Source: Macrostomum lignano
Lineage: Eukaryota
Direction: 5' to 3'
NCBI GenBank assembly: GCA_002269645.1
Contig: NIVC01000891.1
Location: 62,001 to 126,000, forward strand
Length of the DNA: 64,000 bases
Every line of letters begins with the position of its first letter. Positions within the stretch are counted from its first letter, which is position 1. Under the pieces are notes generated by a model. That model searched no databases and was not told the origin of the DNA. It saw only the letters and a program-made list of their open reading frames with translations. A program made the position numbers and the translations under genes. This document shows positions 12,801 to 24,493 of this stretch, in pieces.

Positions 12801-15039
12801 TGTTCTCGCCTCTCCATTAATCATTTTATTGCCCCCGCATTGTTCACTCAACCTAGAACGGCCTGGGTCTTGCGTAGCCTCTTGCGCCCTTCGCGTGTTC
12901 TTTTGCTCCCTGTTAGGTTCGATATCTTTTTTTCTTAAAAGTTTGAGTACGACAAGCGGCCACTTTCGAAGTCGTATTGTCTTCGGTCTGGTTGCCTTGT
13001 CGGGGTGGCGTTTTGGTGTTTTGGGAGTCTCGGCAGCAAACGCACTCGCAGATCCGCTGCAGATAGCATCGAATCGACTAAAGCTGAGCTTTATGAAACA
13101 GCTTGGCTTTAAGATTGCACTAGCCGAAAACCTTGCATGAAAAACTCTTACTGTGTCGACTTACATGCATATGGGCGACTCAGCTACATTGAAAAGCCGC
13201 CACTCTATGCGCTAGAGAGCAATTTCTCTTGGATTATTCTAAAATAAAAGACACAAGAAAACTGATCGGGGTAGCTTTAATCCGTCCAACTTTTTTTGAC
13301 GACTTTTCGATGTTGCTGAGTATATTCGCTAGCACAGAGTCTGTTGCTCCTTCCTTTTGTGCTCTTGCTTTTGGATACTTGCTTGTCGTCCAAATGTCTT
13401 TGGAGGTCAGAAGGCGCGCACCAATATGAGCAGCAGTCACTCCAGCTACATGTGCATTGCTAAAGCCGAGAAGCTGTTGTCAAATCCTTGGCTTAATGCG
13501 GAAGTTGAAGAAGAGGCCTGTTCAGATTTGCTCAGAGAGAAGTTGAACTCCTTGGAAAGTGCAGATGGAAGCTGAGCAGATAGCTCGTACTATCATTGTT
13601 TATACCGTCACACCTTTTTTAAATATGCTAATATGCTCTCGAATGCCGATTTCACTTCAATAGAAGGCTTGCTTTTTAATGCCCTCGCCCATGCGCACTT
13701 GGACAGCACGTTAATGCATGTTAGACTATACCCGTAGGCTTTATTATACTTTTATAAAAAGAAATAATTGAGGTGCCGGGCGTGTTTTGATGTACTACAC
13801 TGCACCTGACTCACCTGAGTCCAATAATGAGTAACTCTAACTAGCCAGCCAGCCTAACTAACCAAACCGGCCTCCGGTGTACGCTGCTCTGCGTACTTTC
13901 CCTCTCTCCCCCTTGACATGATAATATTCAGTAGTGATCGATGCTGAGCTTTAAGCCCACTTACTTGGTTGTCTTTTAAGCCTATATATTGGTCTCGCCA
14001 CCTACCACCTCGTATCTCACGTTTATTGCAATATTTCGCTCGTCTGAAATACACAACTTTGTACTTGACTCAAATCAAGCCCACGGGCGGCCTTGTCATC
14101 GTTTTCTGGGCGCGACTTGACAATAATCTCCAACCAGAGCTGGTCACGGAAGGCTCGGGGTACTGCCGCGGTCAGCGGAGCGGATAGCCACTCAGAGCTG
14201 GCCCGGGAGTCACCGAGGTAAATGAGAAAGCGAGGTGAATGTGAGGGATTGGCCAGGGCGTACAGACACTCCGGACCAATCGAAGAGAGTACAGGTGAGC
14301 GAGGAGGTGAGTAGGTGAAGCGATGAGGCGGCGAGGCTGGATGGGAGACACGTGGTGCAGAGAGTCCCCAAAAAACGCGAACGCAACCCGAACAAACGTA
14401 ATTTTAGCTCAGCGGGCGGGGTCGAATCGACTCATATAGCGCAGTCTATTTAGCCGTGATAATTGGACTGGCAGCTCGAAGACGGCGGGTGGCACGGATT
14501 AGCTTGTAATGCACTGTTCGATGATTCACTGGGCTCGTGCAGTTTATTGTACTTTTACTACTCAGTAGCTGGTTTAGCCCTAACCACACCAACACGAAGA
14601 TTGCCACCGGCCGGCTCCAAGCCAGCTAAAAATAGTATGCAGAAAATGGGGGAGTGGGCCAAACCGGCCTGAGCGCAAACGCACACAAAACAGAACCCCG
14701 CGAGCACCCCACCCCAGCCAATCAAAGCACGCGCTGGATAAGGCTCCACGAGGGGGGGTAGAAAAGAGAGGGTCTGCCGGCCCAGCCAGCCAATCCGCGC
14801 ACACGCCGCGGCTGCCCAAAACCAAAACCGGGCTGAACCAGCTCAAACCAGACAGAACCGGCTAGGGCGGCAGACCGGGCGGTTCGCATGCAACAAAAAA
14901 GGTTGAGGAGAAGGTCATTGTGGCGCAGGCCACAACACCTGCGCAAGAGTCACGGAAGCTTTCACGTTTCAGGGCCTGGGGGCGAACGCAGGTCGCACCG
15001 CCATTAGCCAGCAGGCAGTCAACGAAACGCGGAGTGCGC

Positions 15040-15424
15040 GCTTGTCCCCGCTGGTAGGGTGCCTTGCAGCGTCAGCAGCACGTCGTGTACAGACTGCGGG
15101 CAGTTGCACTCGGCTCGGATGATGTAGCTTATGATGTAACGGATGAAGTTCGCTGGGACGAGAGAGGCGGGTCAGACTGGGATAAGAAAAATACGACATG
15201 CTCTTCAGCGCCTACGACAGCGACAAACACAAGGGCACTTGCACAAAATATCACGACAGAACTGGCTGGTGGTTCCACTGTGGCCACTGCCACAGACCGA
15301 ACGACATCATAGCCGACAGAGACCTTGGCAATAAAAGATGTTATTCTGCTCAAGCTGGAAAAGCAGAACAAACGAATCCGCTTGAAGCTGACAAGGATGC
15401 CATTTACCTGCGGCTGAGAGAGAG
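15040..15424 (+). pseudogene. Decayed fibrinogen C-terminal (FReD) fragment, paralog of the gene at 51626-53444
   Basis: YDMLFSAYDSDKHKGTC..TGWWFHCGHCHRPNDIIADRDLG aligns with DNMEFSTFDRDND..C..AGWWFNACGSHSPNGIIVAEKDLG. In-frame TAA at 15183-15185. The C-terminus KQNKRIRLKLTRMPFTCG* (cf. KKEDKLICWKATKLSFTCA*) is in a shifted frame. Confidence 0.7.
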
Positions 15425-16468
15425 ATTGTACTGAGCTGCATGTATTAAAGCTGAGAGTTTCGAGAACACTGCGCATTGCGTACTGTATTAAAAATAAAGC
15501 AACAGCTTAACGATAAACTTAATTTATCCGCTCAGCCACGTGAACCCAAGCGACCAATTCATGACACTTCAGTATCTGGAATATGGCACAACCGACTTGC
15601 TCAGTTTATTTCGGCATGCAAGCAGTCGCAGATGCAAAGTCCGCGCATGCCAAGACTCTTTGGCCAGCCTGAAGCGCAGAATTTTAAAACAGAAATATTC
15701 GAAGAATTTTGGTTTAGTGTTGAAAATGCAGAAAGCATGAACATGAACGTGAATTAAAAATTGTCATTGGATTGTTAGCGAGGCTACTATAGGATTTTGC
15801 CTGTGATCGTGATGTGCAAGTCGAGAAGGGCGCGAAAGCACATTAGTAAGTTAAAGGCCAATTTTTGCTTCGGAAAGCGCAAAAGCGACATAAATTGTAG
15901 TTTTTTGAGCTCGAAAAATCCGAAAAATGACAATCTTAGTGATAATTTTTCTTCACACATTGGCTTTCTGATATTAACACAATTCGATAAGAGGCCTGCC
16001 ACAGCTCACTTCCTAATGAGATGCAGGTGATATGGAGTTATGGTCTGATTAATCAAAAAGAAAAATAGGAATGTGCAAATTAGCCTACTGATGAAAGTAG
16101 CAAAGCCAGGAAAAATTTAGAGAAAAGCAAAATTAAACAAGTCAATAATAAGAAAAAAATCTTATGATTTGGGCGACAGAATTGGCCTGTGAATTCTTGA
16201 TCTAGGATTAAATATTAATAAATAAACTGTAATGAATATCACACTACACTGCTTAATGGTAAAGCGATATGTACAATTTAATGAAACTTTGTGACCTTGA
16301 GGCTGGCCGACCAAAACAGCAAGCAAGTTCAAAGAGGCAAAGATTATCTTGAAATTTAGGTAACCTTATATGCTTGACAAAAAAACAACTGAAAAATGCT
16401 TCGAATACTACTAGACAGTGAATCCAGTAGCGCATTAAGCAAATTTCAGACAGATGAAAACAAATCGA

Positions 16469-16686
16469 TCACAGGTACATGCCGTTGATCAGGTAGTCCT
16501 CATCGTCCACCATCCGGCTGCGCAGCTTGCCTGGGCCGCCGACAGTCGAGCGAAGCTGGCGAAGCCGGCAGCCCAGGGCGACCACGGCCACCAGGGTGAG
16601 GGCGAGGGCGACGCCCAGGCCGATAACGGTGGCCCGGGCCTGGCGGTAGCGGTCGGCCAGGGAGGCCGCCAGCGACTTCCCCGACT

Positions 16687-16723
<37 letters not shown>

Positions 16724-18977
16724 CGCGGGCGGAGGTGGAGGCCCACCTTGTCGAAGGTTCGAAGCTGAAGTAGCGAATTTTCTATACATATCGGGAGTTC
16801 AGTTTAAAGCGACAGGAGATTAAAAAAGACTTGTAGGTAAAATGTTACGCACAGTAAAATTGAACTTCGAAAACGTGTGTACAAAGGTGTGAGATCCTGG
16901 CTTAGCGGTTATCAAAGGGCTGGTATCTCACCCATTCTACAAGCTGGTATCTCAGCCATTCTATATGCTGGTATCTCAGCCATTCTATAGGCTGGTATCT
17001 CACCTAATATACAGGCTAGTATCTCACCCATTCTATAGGCTGGTATCTCACCTAATATACAGGCTAGTATCTCACCCATTCTATAGGCTGGTATCTCATC
17101 CATTCTATGGGCTGGTATCTCATTCATGCTATGGACTGGTATCTCATCCATTCAATGGACTGGTATCTCACCCATTGTATAAGCTGGTATCTCACCCAAT
17201 GCTAATCAAATGCATAATTAGTAAATTCGTTAACAAAAAATAAAAACTCTGCTTTTCCTACTGATTACTGAAGCAAGGAAAATAAGTAGTTAAAAAGAAC
17301 GGGCCAGCTAATTTTGCCTACCCTTGACCTGCGGACAGTCGGCCTCGTCGCTGGCGTCGCCGCACTGCGGCACGCCGTCGCAGCGGTCGTAGACGGCCAC
17401 GCAGGCGGGGAATTTGTTGGCGTCGCGGCAGGGGAATTGCAGTTCGGACGGGCACTGCTGCCTCCCTCTGCGCTTTCGCCTATCAGCAGCTGTTCGAGAG
17501 GTTAGAAGTCACAAGGAGCACGGTTTAGACACAGCAAAGCGAGTCAGTTATCAGGTTATATCACTTTAAGTTAGCGTGTTTTCTGTTTTAAATAGATGGG
17601 TGAGACAACCAGAGTCCCTGGGTTCGATTCCCAGGTACAAAGTTAGAAACTGATGGGGCCTGATGTGCACCCAGTTGTCTGGGCATGGTCAGGGGCCAGT
17701 GCTAAAAAACTATTCAGACTTCATTAACGACTCTCCTCTATATGATTCTGAGCTCATAGCTGCTAAAGACAGTCAACCCACAGCCTGGAGTAAAAGGCAG
17801 GAATGAATTTTTATTAAGAATTTTACAATTGAAATTGCTTACCTTGGGATGTTGGAGCTGTTGGCAGAGTATGAGTAGATACCCTCTGAAGCTTAGTAGA
17901 AGCCACCCTAATGCCAAGCTCACCATCAATGTGCTTAAATGGCTTTCTTGGCACTTTGATGCTCACTGTGTATCTTGCATAGTGCCGGAACTCGCAGTAA
18001 CTAGCATCTGGGCCACAGTCGAAAAGGTAGCAAAGATTTTTTATCTAAAATATTTAGAGTTTATGGTTAAAAATTTAGTATATTAGAAATTGCTTATAGT
18101 AGCATATCAAATTTAATAAAATCAATGTTTTTAGAACATCATAAATATTGTCTTACTTGGTATCTGGTTTTGATTATAACTAAAACATAAAGCTGTATAC
18201 AAAAATTTAAAATAGTTAAAATAGTTTGCAGCTTGTGAAAAATGATATGATATTCACTACAATGTGATCTCAATTTTTGTTTATACTTTTTATAAAGTCA
18301 AATAAATGCTTGGAAAATAGAAAAAATTAAGTATAAATAGCATTGTTATAGTTCAAACTATATTTATTAGAAAAAAAGTTCTAACCTAAGAAATTATAAA
18401 ATCATAAACACACTTTTTTGTCATATGCCTTAGGATATATATGATAGCTTCATCTAAGTAGTGTTATTTTTATTCTTTAGTATTTATCCTTTAGTTTTTT
18501 ATTTAGTATAGTTTAGTATTTTATCTTATTAGTCCATAAGTCGATTATTTCAATTTATAATTTAAAAAGTTTTAAACAAATATTTTAAGCTAAAAAATCT
18601 ACATGATCAATAAAATAAGACACTTTACACTGGGGCTCTAAAGAGGGGGGTTGTCAGAACACATGACGTTGGGCTGCACTTTCATGTCAATTTTTTAGAA
18701 ATTGTAGTTATATCTATCTAGGTTAAAATGAATTACTTACTGTTGTTTCATAAATAGCAACATTGCACCTATGATGATTGCAGCAGGAAATTTCACATTC
18801 TTTTAATGACTCTGTTGGAAGAGAATTTAAAGCAACTGCGCCGTTCGCGATTGAATCTTCGGTTCTGATTATACTTCCTTCTCTGTGTTGAAATTTTGAG
18901 CTTCCACAGTGATATGAAACGGCATGACAGCAGTGCCAAATGAAAGCAATATGCAAAGTAATGTAAACCAGATTCAT
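16469..18977 (-). CDS. LRP11: LRP11-like type I membrane protein (signal peptide, MANSC domain, LDLa domain, Pro-rich stalk, TM, DYLINGMYL tail). Exons 18977..18741, 18044..17843, 17489..17322, 16764..16469; ~300 aa
   Basis: All three introns are GT-AG with compatible phases (0,1,1). MANSC: SIIRTEDSIANGA..ECEISCC..RCNVAIYE..CYLFDC..YCEF. LDLa: CPSELQFPC..CVAVYDRCDGVPQCGDASDEADC. TM VIGLGVALALTLVAVVALGC. The C-terminal DYLINGMYL matches the LRP11/MANSC1 family tail. Confidence 0.88.
16919..17200. repeat. 24-bp minisatellite (~12 copies) in the last LRP11-like intron
   Basis: Unit GCTGGTATCTCACCCATTCTATAG with variants. Confidence 0.9.
17590..17810 (+). mobile_element. Possible degenerate tRNA-derived SINE remnant
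   Basis: Pol III B-box-like GGGTTCGATTCCC near 17620 followed by SINE-like body. No clear A box. Confidence 0.3.
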
Positions 18978-20346
18978 TGCGAGATTTTCTGTAAGGCTAA
19001 TTATTCTAAATTGAAAAGTAAGTAAAGTTAGCTGTTAAATTACTTGGGAAAATGATCAATTGCTTTAAATGATTTCTTAATCAATATTTTGTTTAATATT
19101 ATATTATTTATACAGCGTGTTTAGATACTATGAGAATTAGTTTACGTTGAATTTGCCGATCTAAACATCAGCTGATTAAACAAATATACTTACATGAAAC
19201 GAAATAACAGCAAAAAGTTGCACTCTAAAAGAAAACAGTAATACATTTGTGTTTTATACTTCTAATAATGTTATAAATTTTAAGTCAAAATAATTCAATC
19301 GCGTTTTGAGTTGCAGAACTCACTCGACAATTTTAGTAACTTTAAATTTAAATAATTGCTTTCGTTGTTCATTTGCGAGTCATTTAAGGAAGCGAAATTA
19401 GCTAACGAGTATTTGTTCCGCTTTAGCTTACTTTGAACTGTTTACCCTACATACAGTGTAATGTAACTTGACTTTGCACACAATTGGATTACTTGCCAGG
19501 AAGAAAAAACCAAGTATTAAGGTCAAGGACAAGGCCAAAACTGGCAAAAATTAGCAACAGCTGACGCGGAACGGAAGATGCAAAAAGAAGCACGCACGGA
19601 GACTAGCTGGGTAACAGCACTCGAATGAGTCTCCGCGGGCCTGTCAAGACTGCAATTTTATTTGGTTTGTTCGCAAACAAGAAACATAAGATCAAAGGGA
19701 AACAGCTTAAGCTATGAATTGCGTATTATCGGAGCAAAATTAATTTGCAGAGCAAACGAACGGGTGAAATTGCAACGGCCCTTTAAGCAATAAAATTAGT
19801 ATTTTACTTTAATTATCGAATAGTAAATCCAATTCAAAGAGCCGCCAAAGATACGAGCTGAAAACTAATCCAGTTAGTAGTCAAATATAATTAATTTTAA
19901 TAAGTATAGAGAAACTGGCGGTGAGTTCGAAAACCGGGATAGAAGGAGATTAACAGGGGCGGGCAGAGAATGGCAAAACTCCGTAAGTACAACGGCGGGA
20001 CGATGGAACCGATAATAAAATATGAAAAAACAATTTAACCGGCTAAACATTTTGCGGTTGGATTGACGAAGAGCTGCGGTAAAACGGGAATGAGGAACTG
20101 AGATATAAAACAGTTATAGAGATCAATTTAATGAGACTTAAACACAGAAATACTCCACAGAGTAGTACTTGGATTATACACAAAATTACACACAGAAGGC
20201 AGATACTCGTATAAACAAATGTTTTTCTGTTTTTTTATTTTTATATTTTTATGCATATAAAAGGGATGTACTGTGATTAAGACAGTTTACTGCAGGCAAG
20301 CCAGGCATGACAGATGGGTAGATTTTTATGCACAAGCTATTGACAT

Positions 20347-20383
<37 letters not shown>

Positions 20384-20400
20384 TAGACAGAGACATAACA

Positions 20401-20466
<66 letters not shown>

Positions 20467-20496
20467 GGACAGACAGACAGACAGGCAGACAGACAG

Positions 20497-20590
<94 letters not shown>

Positions 20591-20598
20591 GGACAGAC
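20347..20598. repeat. (GACA)n microsatellite
   Basis: Direct reading; ~60 units. Confidence 0.97.
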
Positions 20599-20751
20599 CA
20601 CTACCAGGGGCAGGGACAAGTCAGACAGCCATAAACAATAAAAATACTATTTTATATAACAAATAGACTAACAAATCCATAGAAAAAGAATGCAAACTCG
20701 CAAATTACGCCGAACACGGGGATATTAAAGTCAAGAACACACGGAGCGGCG

Positions 20752-22095
20752 CTACGGCACCTGGCCGGACTCCAGGTGACGCACGTAGTCGCGCAGCTCC
20801 TCCACGCACTGCTGGCCGATCTCGCGAAGCGTCTCCTTCAGGGCCGACCGGATCCGCGACTCCAGCTGCGGGTCCTTGCTGATGAGCATCTTCACCACTA
20901 TGGTGAAGGTGTCGCAGTCCTGCCTGTACGACTCTTCCAGTTCGGCCTTCTTGGCACGCAGTTTGCCAAGGCTCGACTCCGACAGGCTGCGGGAGCTGCT
21001 GGCCGGCGCGCGTCCCGGCGACTTGGAAGCCTCGGCGGCGTCGGCCGCGGTGCTCGCCTTAGCCAGAGACTCGGCGACCACCGACTTCGACGGCGCCGGC
21101 GGCAGCGGCGAATCCGGGGGCGACTCCCGCGGCGGCGGCGGTGGTGGCGGCGGCGGCGGCGGCGAAGGAGGAAGCGGGGGAGGCGGCGGCGGGTCGCGGG
21201 GGGCGGATGAAGATTTGTCCCTCCTGCCGCTGCCGAGGCTGCTGTTGCGATCGAGCCGCCTGCTGCCGCTTTTTTTGCTGCTGCGGCTTCTGCTGCCGTC
21301 GGAGCTGCTGCCGGAGCTGCTGCTGCCGCTGCTGCTGCGGTGCCTGCGCTTCTTCTTGCGCTTATTGCGCTTGGGGCGCTCCGACTTCGACGCCGGGGCG
21401 GCCTGGCTTGGCGGCGGGGATGGCGGCGGCGGAGTCGGCGACCGAGACCGAGCCATGGACCGCGACTGGGACCGAGCCATGGACCGCGACTGGGACCGGG
21501 ACCGGTCAGACACGGACCGGGACCTAGAGCGGGACCTGCTTTGGGATCGGGGCCGGGACCTGGACGCGGATCTTGAACGGGACCGGTCGGGCGAACGAGA
21601 TCGCGATCGAACTCGGCGAAATCGGCCGTCAGAAAACTGCTGCTGCTGCTGGCCGTAGCTGTAGGGCGGCCTGCCCGGTCCGCCGCCCCGTCGGCCGCCG
21701 CGGCTATAGGGCGGCCTGGCGCCGACGCCGCGAATTCGCTGCAGCCGGTCGCGCAGTTCCGGATCGTTGCGCACCCGCTCCCGCGCCTTCAGCATGTCGC
21801 GGAACCACACGATGCTGACCCGGTTGCCCAGCAGGCTGTTGTCGTGGTACTTCTCCAGCATCTCCTTGGCGACCTCGTGGGTCTCGAAGCGCAGAGCCAC
21901 GCTGACAAACGCCTTGTTGTTGGTGTAGGTGAAGAAGTCGATGGAGCAGCTGTGCCCCTTGTCGACAAAGAACCGGCGCACATCGTCGGCCCGGACTTTG
22001 GAGGACAGGCCGCGGATGTAAATGCAGTGGCGCGAGGGCGTCACCAAGGCCGGGTTGATGTGGTCGCTGCCGCTCATTGGCGCTCCTCGCTGCAT
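20752..22095 (-). CDS. PPHLN1: Intronless RRM + RS-rich + Pro-rich + periphilin-1 C-terminal domain protein (start may be MSGSDH at 22077)
   Basis: N-terminal RRM (CIYIRGLSSKV..VRRFF..FVSVALRFET..AKEML..LLGNRVSIVW) and long RS dipeptide tract. C-terminus KKAELEESYRQDCDTFTIVVKMLISKDPQLESRIRSALKETLREIGQQCVEELRDYV matches the periphilin C-terminal motif YRQDCETFxMVVKMLIxKDPxLE..LxEIGxxCVEEL (recalled, not searched). Confidence 0.82.
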   Translation of the reverse strand: MQRGAPMSGSDHINPALVTPSRHCIYIRGLSSKVRADDVRRFFVDKGHSCSIDFFTYTNNKAFVSVALRFETHEVAKEMLEKYHDNSLLGNRVSIVWFRDMLKARERVRNDPELRDRLQRIRGVGARPPYSRGGRRGGGPGRPPYSYGQQQQQFSDGRFRRVRSRSRSPDRSRSRSASRSRPRSQSRSRSRSRSVSDRSRSQSRSMARSQSRSMARSRSPTPPPPSPPPSQAAPASKSERPKRNKRKKKRRHRSSSGSSSSGSSSDGSRSRSSKKSGSRRLDRNSSLGSGRRDKSSSAPRDPPPPPPLPPSPPPPPPPPPPPRESPPDSPLPPAPSKSVVAESLAKASTAADAAEASKSPGRAPASSSRSLSESSLGKLRAKKAELEESYRQDCDTFTIVVKMLISKDPQLESRIRSALKETLREIGQQCVEELRDYVRHLESGQVP

Positions 22096-22126
22096 GAATG
22101 TTTTGTAGCCTTGTTTAAAGCTATGG

Positions 22127-22512
22127 GGCGATTCCAGATGTTCAGGGGGATGGAATGTTCAGGAGTGATTCCAGATGTTCAGGGGCGATTCCAGATGTTC
22201 AGGGGTGATTCCAGATGTTCAGGGGGATTCTGGGTGTTTTGGGCCGATTCAAGATATTCAGCGGCGAGTCCAGATGTTCAGGGGGATTCTAGATATTCAA
22301 GGGCGAGTCCAGATGTTCAGGGGCGATTCCAGATATTCAAGGGCGAGTCCAGATGTTCAGGGGCGATTCCAGATGTTCAGGGGCGATTCCAGATGTTCAG
22401 GGGCAATTCTAGATGTTCAGGGGCGATTCTGTATGTTTTGTGGCGATTCTAGATATTCAGAGGTGATTCTAGATGTTTTGGGGCTATTCCAGATGTTTAA
22501 GGGGAGATTCTA
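22127..22512. repeat. 20-21 bp minisatellite immediately upstream of the periphilin-like ORF
   Basis: Unit CCAGATGTTCAGGGGCGATT with variants. Confidence 0.9.
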
Positions 22513-22849
22513 GATGTCATAAGTTATGCTTGGGGACTTTCAAGGACAATTATGTCAGGAGATTTTAGACAGCTATGGATATTCCAAAGTTATTTTGTAA
22601 CATTTAGAGCCAAGCAACAAGTTGTCTTTGTTAGACGCCCTCTACGCTGCCAGAGTCAACAAAAATAAGCTGTCGTCTAATAATCGGTAAAACCGCGGCT
22701 TGATAAAAGACAAACTACGAGTAATAAGTATATTTAAGGAAACAGCGCATCCTCGGTTGAGAACGAGCTCCAGATGAGGCTCTCAACAGGTGATTCTCTG
22801 ATATAACAAAAAGATATCAGTGGCACTATGAGCGATAAGGGTTGCTTGG

Positions 22850-23368
22850 ATGTTGGTGTGGGATTGTATGGGTGTGGGATTGTGGGGGTGTAGGTGTCGT
22901 ATTGTGGGGATGTGGGATTGTGGGATTGTGGGGATGTGGGTGTGGTATTGTGGGGGTGTGGGTGTGGGATTGTGGGGGTGGGATTTTGGGGATGTGGGAT
23001 TGTGGGATTGTGGGGGTGTGGGTGTGGTATTGTGGGGGGTGTGGGTGTGGTATTGTGGGGGTGTGGGTGTTTGGATCTGGGTGAGGTATTGTGGGGGTGA
23101 GGTATTGTGGGGATGTGGGTGCGGGATTGTGGGGGTGTGGGTGTGCTATTGTGGGGACGTGGGGATGTGGGATTGTGGGGATGTGGGTGTGGTATTGTGG
23201 GGGTGTGGGTGTGGTATTGTGGGGGTGTGGGTGTGGTATTGTGGGGGTGTGGGTGTTTGGATCTGGGTGAGGTATTGTGGGGGTGAGGTATTGTGGGGAT
23301 GTGGGTGCGGGATTGTGGGGGTGTGGGGATGTGGGATTGTGGGGATGTGGGCATGTGTGTGTGGGATT
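22850..23368. repeat. GT/GGG-rich low-complexity tandem repeat (G-quadruplex prone)
   Basis: Recurrent ATTGTGGGGGTGTGGGTGTGGT units. Confidence 0.9.
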
Positions 23369-23737
23369 GTGCCATTATCGGGTGAATTCTGAAGCAAAAA
23401 TTTAATCAAGAAAAGAGAATAAAAAAGAACAATAAAGAATGAAAAATATTTAAAAGTAAGATCCAGTCTGACTATACATTTAGTTTTCTGTGCAGACAAA
23501 GCTGAAGCTCAGAATCAAGCCGTGTTTAGCATATTCTATGCGATACAATGTAAAAAACTTGCAAGCCTTCCGATAAGGCAAGTCGCTAAGAACAAACAGG
23601 GGGGGGGGTTTAGAAAAAAATTCTGGGTAATTCGGTAAAAAGGCCTCGAATTCTGAGTAAAACGAATAAAATATTGTATAAAACCTCAAGCAAGGCGCTC
23701 ATTTATAAAAAAATGGTTTGGTGGCCTCAAGCGATGA

Positions 23738-24318
23738 GATGAAGGGAGGTGTCAGTGAAGGCGGGAAGATGAAGGGAGGTGTCAGTGAAAACGGGAAGAT
23801 GAAGGGAGGTGTCAGTGAAGTCGGGGAGATGAAGGGAGGTGTCAGTGAAGTCGGGGAGATGAAGGGAGGTGTCAGTGAAGGCGGGAAGATGAAGGGAGGT
23901 GTCAGTGAAAACGGGAAGATGAAGGGAGGTGTCAGTGAAGTCGGGGAGATGAAGGGAGGTGTCAGTGAAGTCGGGGAGATGAAGGGAGGTGTCAGTGAAG
24001 TCGGGGAGATGAAGGGAGGTGTCAGTGAAAACGGGAAGATGAAGGGAGGTGTCAGTGAAAACGGGAAGATGAAGGGAGGTGTCAGTGAAGTCGGGGAGAT
24101 GAAGGGAGGTGTCAGTGAAGTCGGGGAGATGAAGGGAGGTGTCAGTGAAGTCGGGGAGATGAAGGGAGGTGTCAGTGAAAACGGGAAGATGAAGGGAGGT
24201 GTCAGTGAAGTCGGGGAGATGAAGGGAGGTGTCAGTGAAGTCGGGGAGATGAAGGGAGGTGTCAGTGAAAACGGGAAGATGAAGGGAGGTGTCAGTGAAG
24301 TCGGGGAGATGAAGGGAG
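23738..24318. repeat. 30-bp minisatellite (~19 copies)
   Basis: Unit GATGAAGGGAGGTGTCAGTGAAGTCGGGGA, with variants AAACGGGAA and AGGCGGGAA. Confidence 0.95.
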
Positions 24319-24493
24319 AGATGAACTCAGCAAAGTGGCAGTTTGCCAAGCAAAACCAAAATACAAATAAAGAAAATTTGGCTTAAAACTATTAAGACCG
24401 AAGCGAAAAGTCGCTCAGAAATCACAGCCTTGTTTTATATCGAGAGATTCCGTGTAAAAAAATCTATAGAAAAATCAAACTGTCTTGACTTTG

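Noticed and set aside
20326-24386. Repeat-derived ORFs (QTDR/LSVC, PHPH/CGIVG, MKGGVSE, FISPTSLT) and ORFs antisense to the periphilin-like gene
   Set aside because: Artefacts of tandem repeats or the GC-rich antisense shadow of a real CDS.
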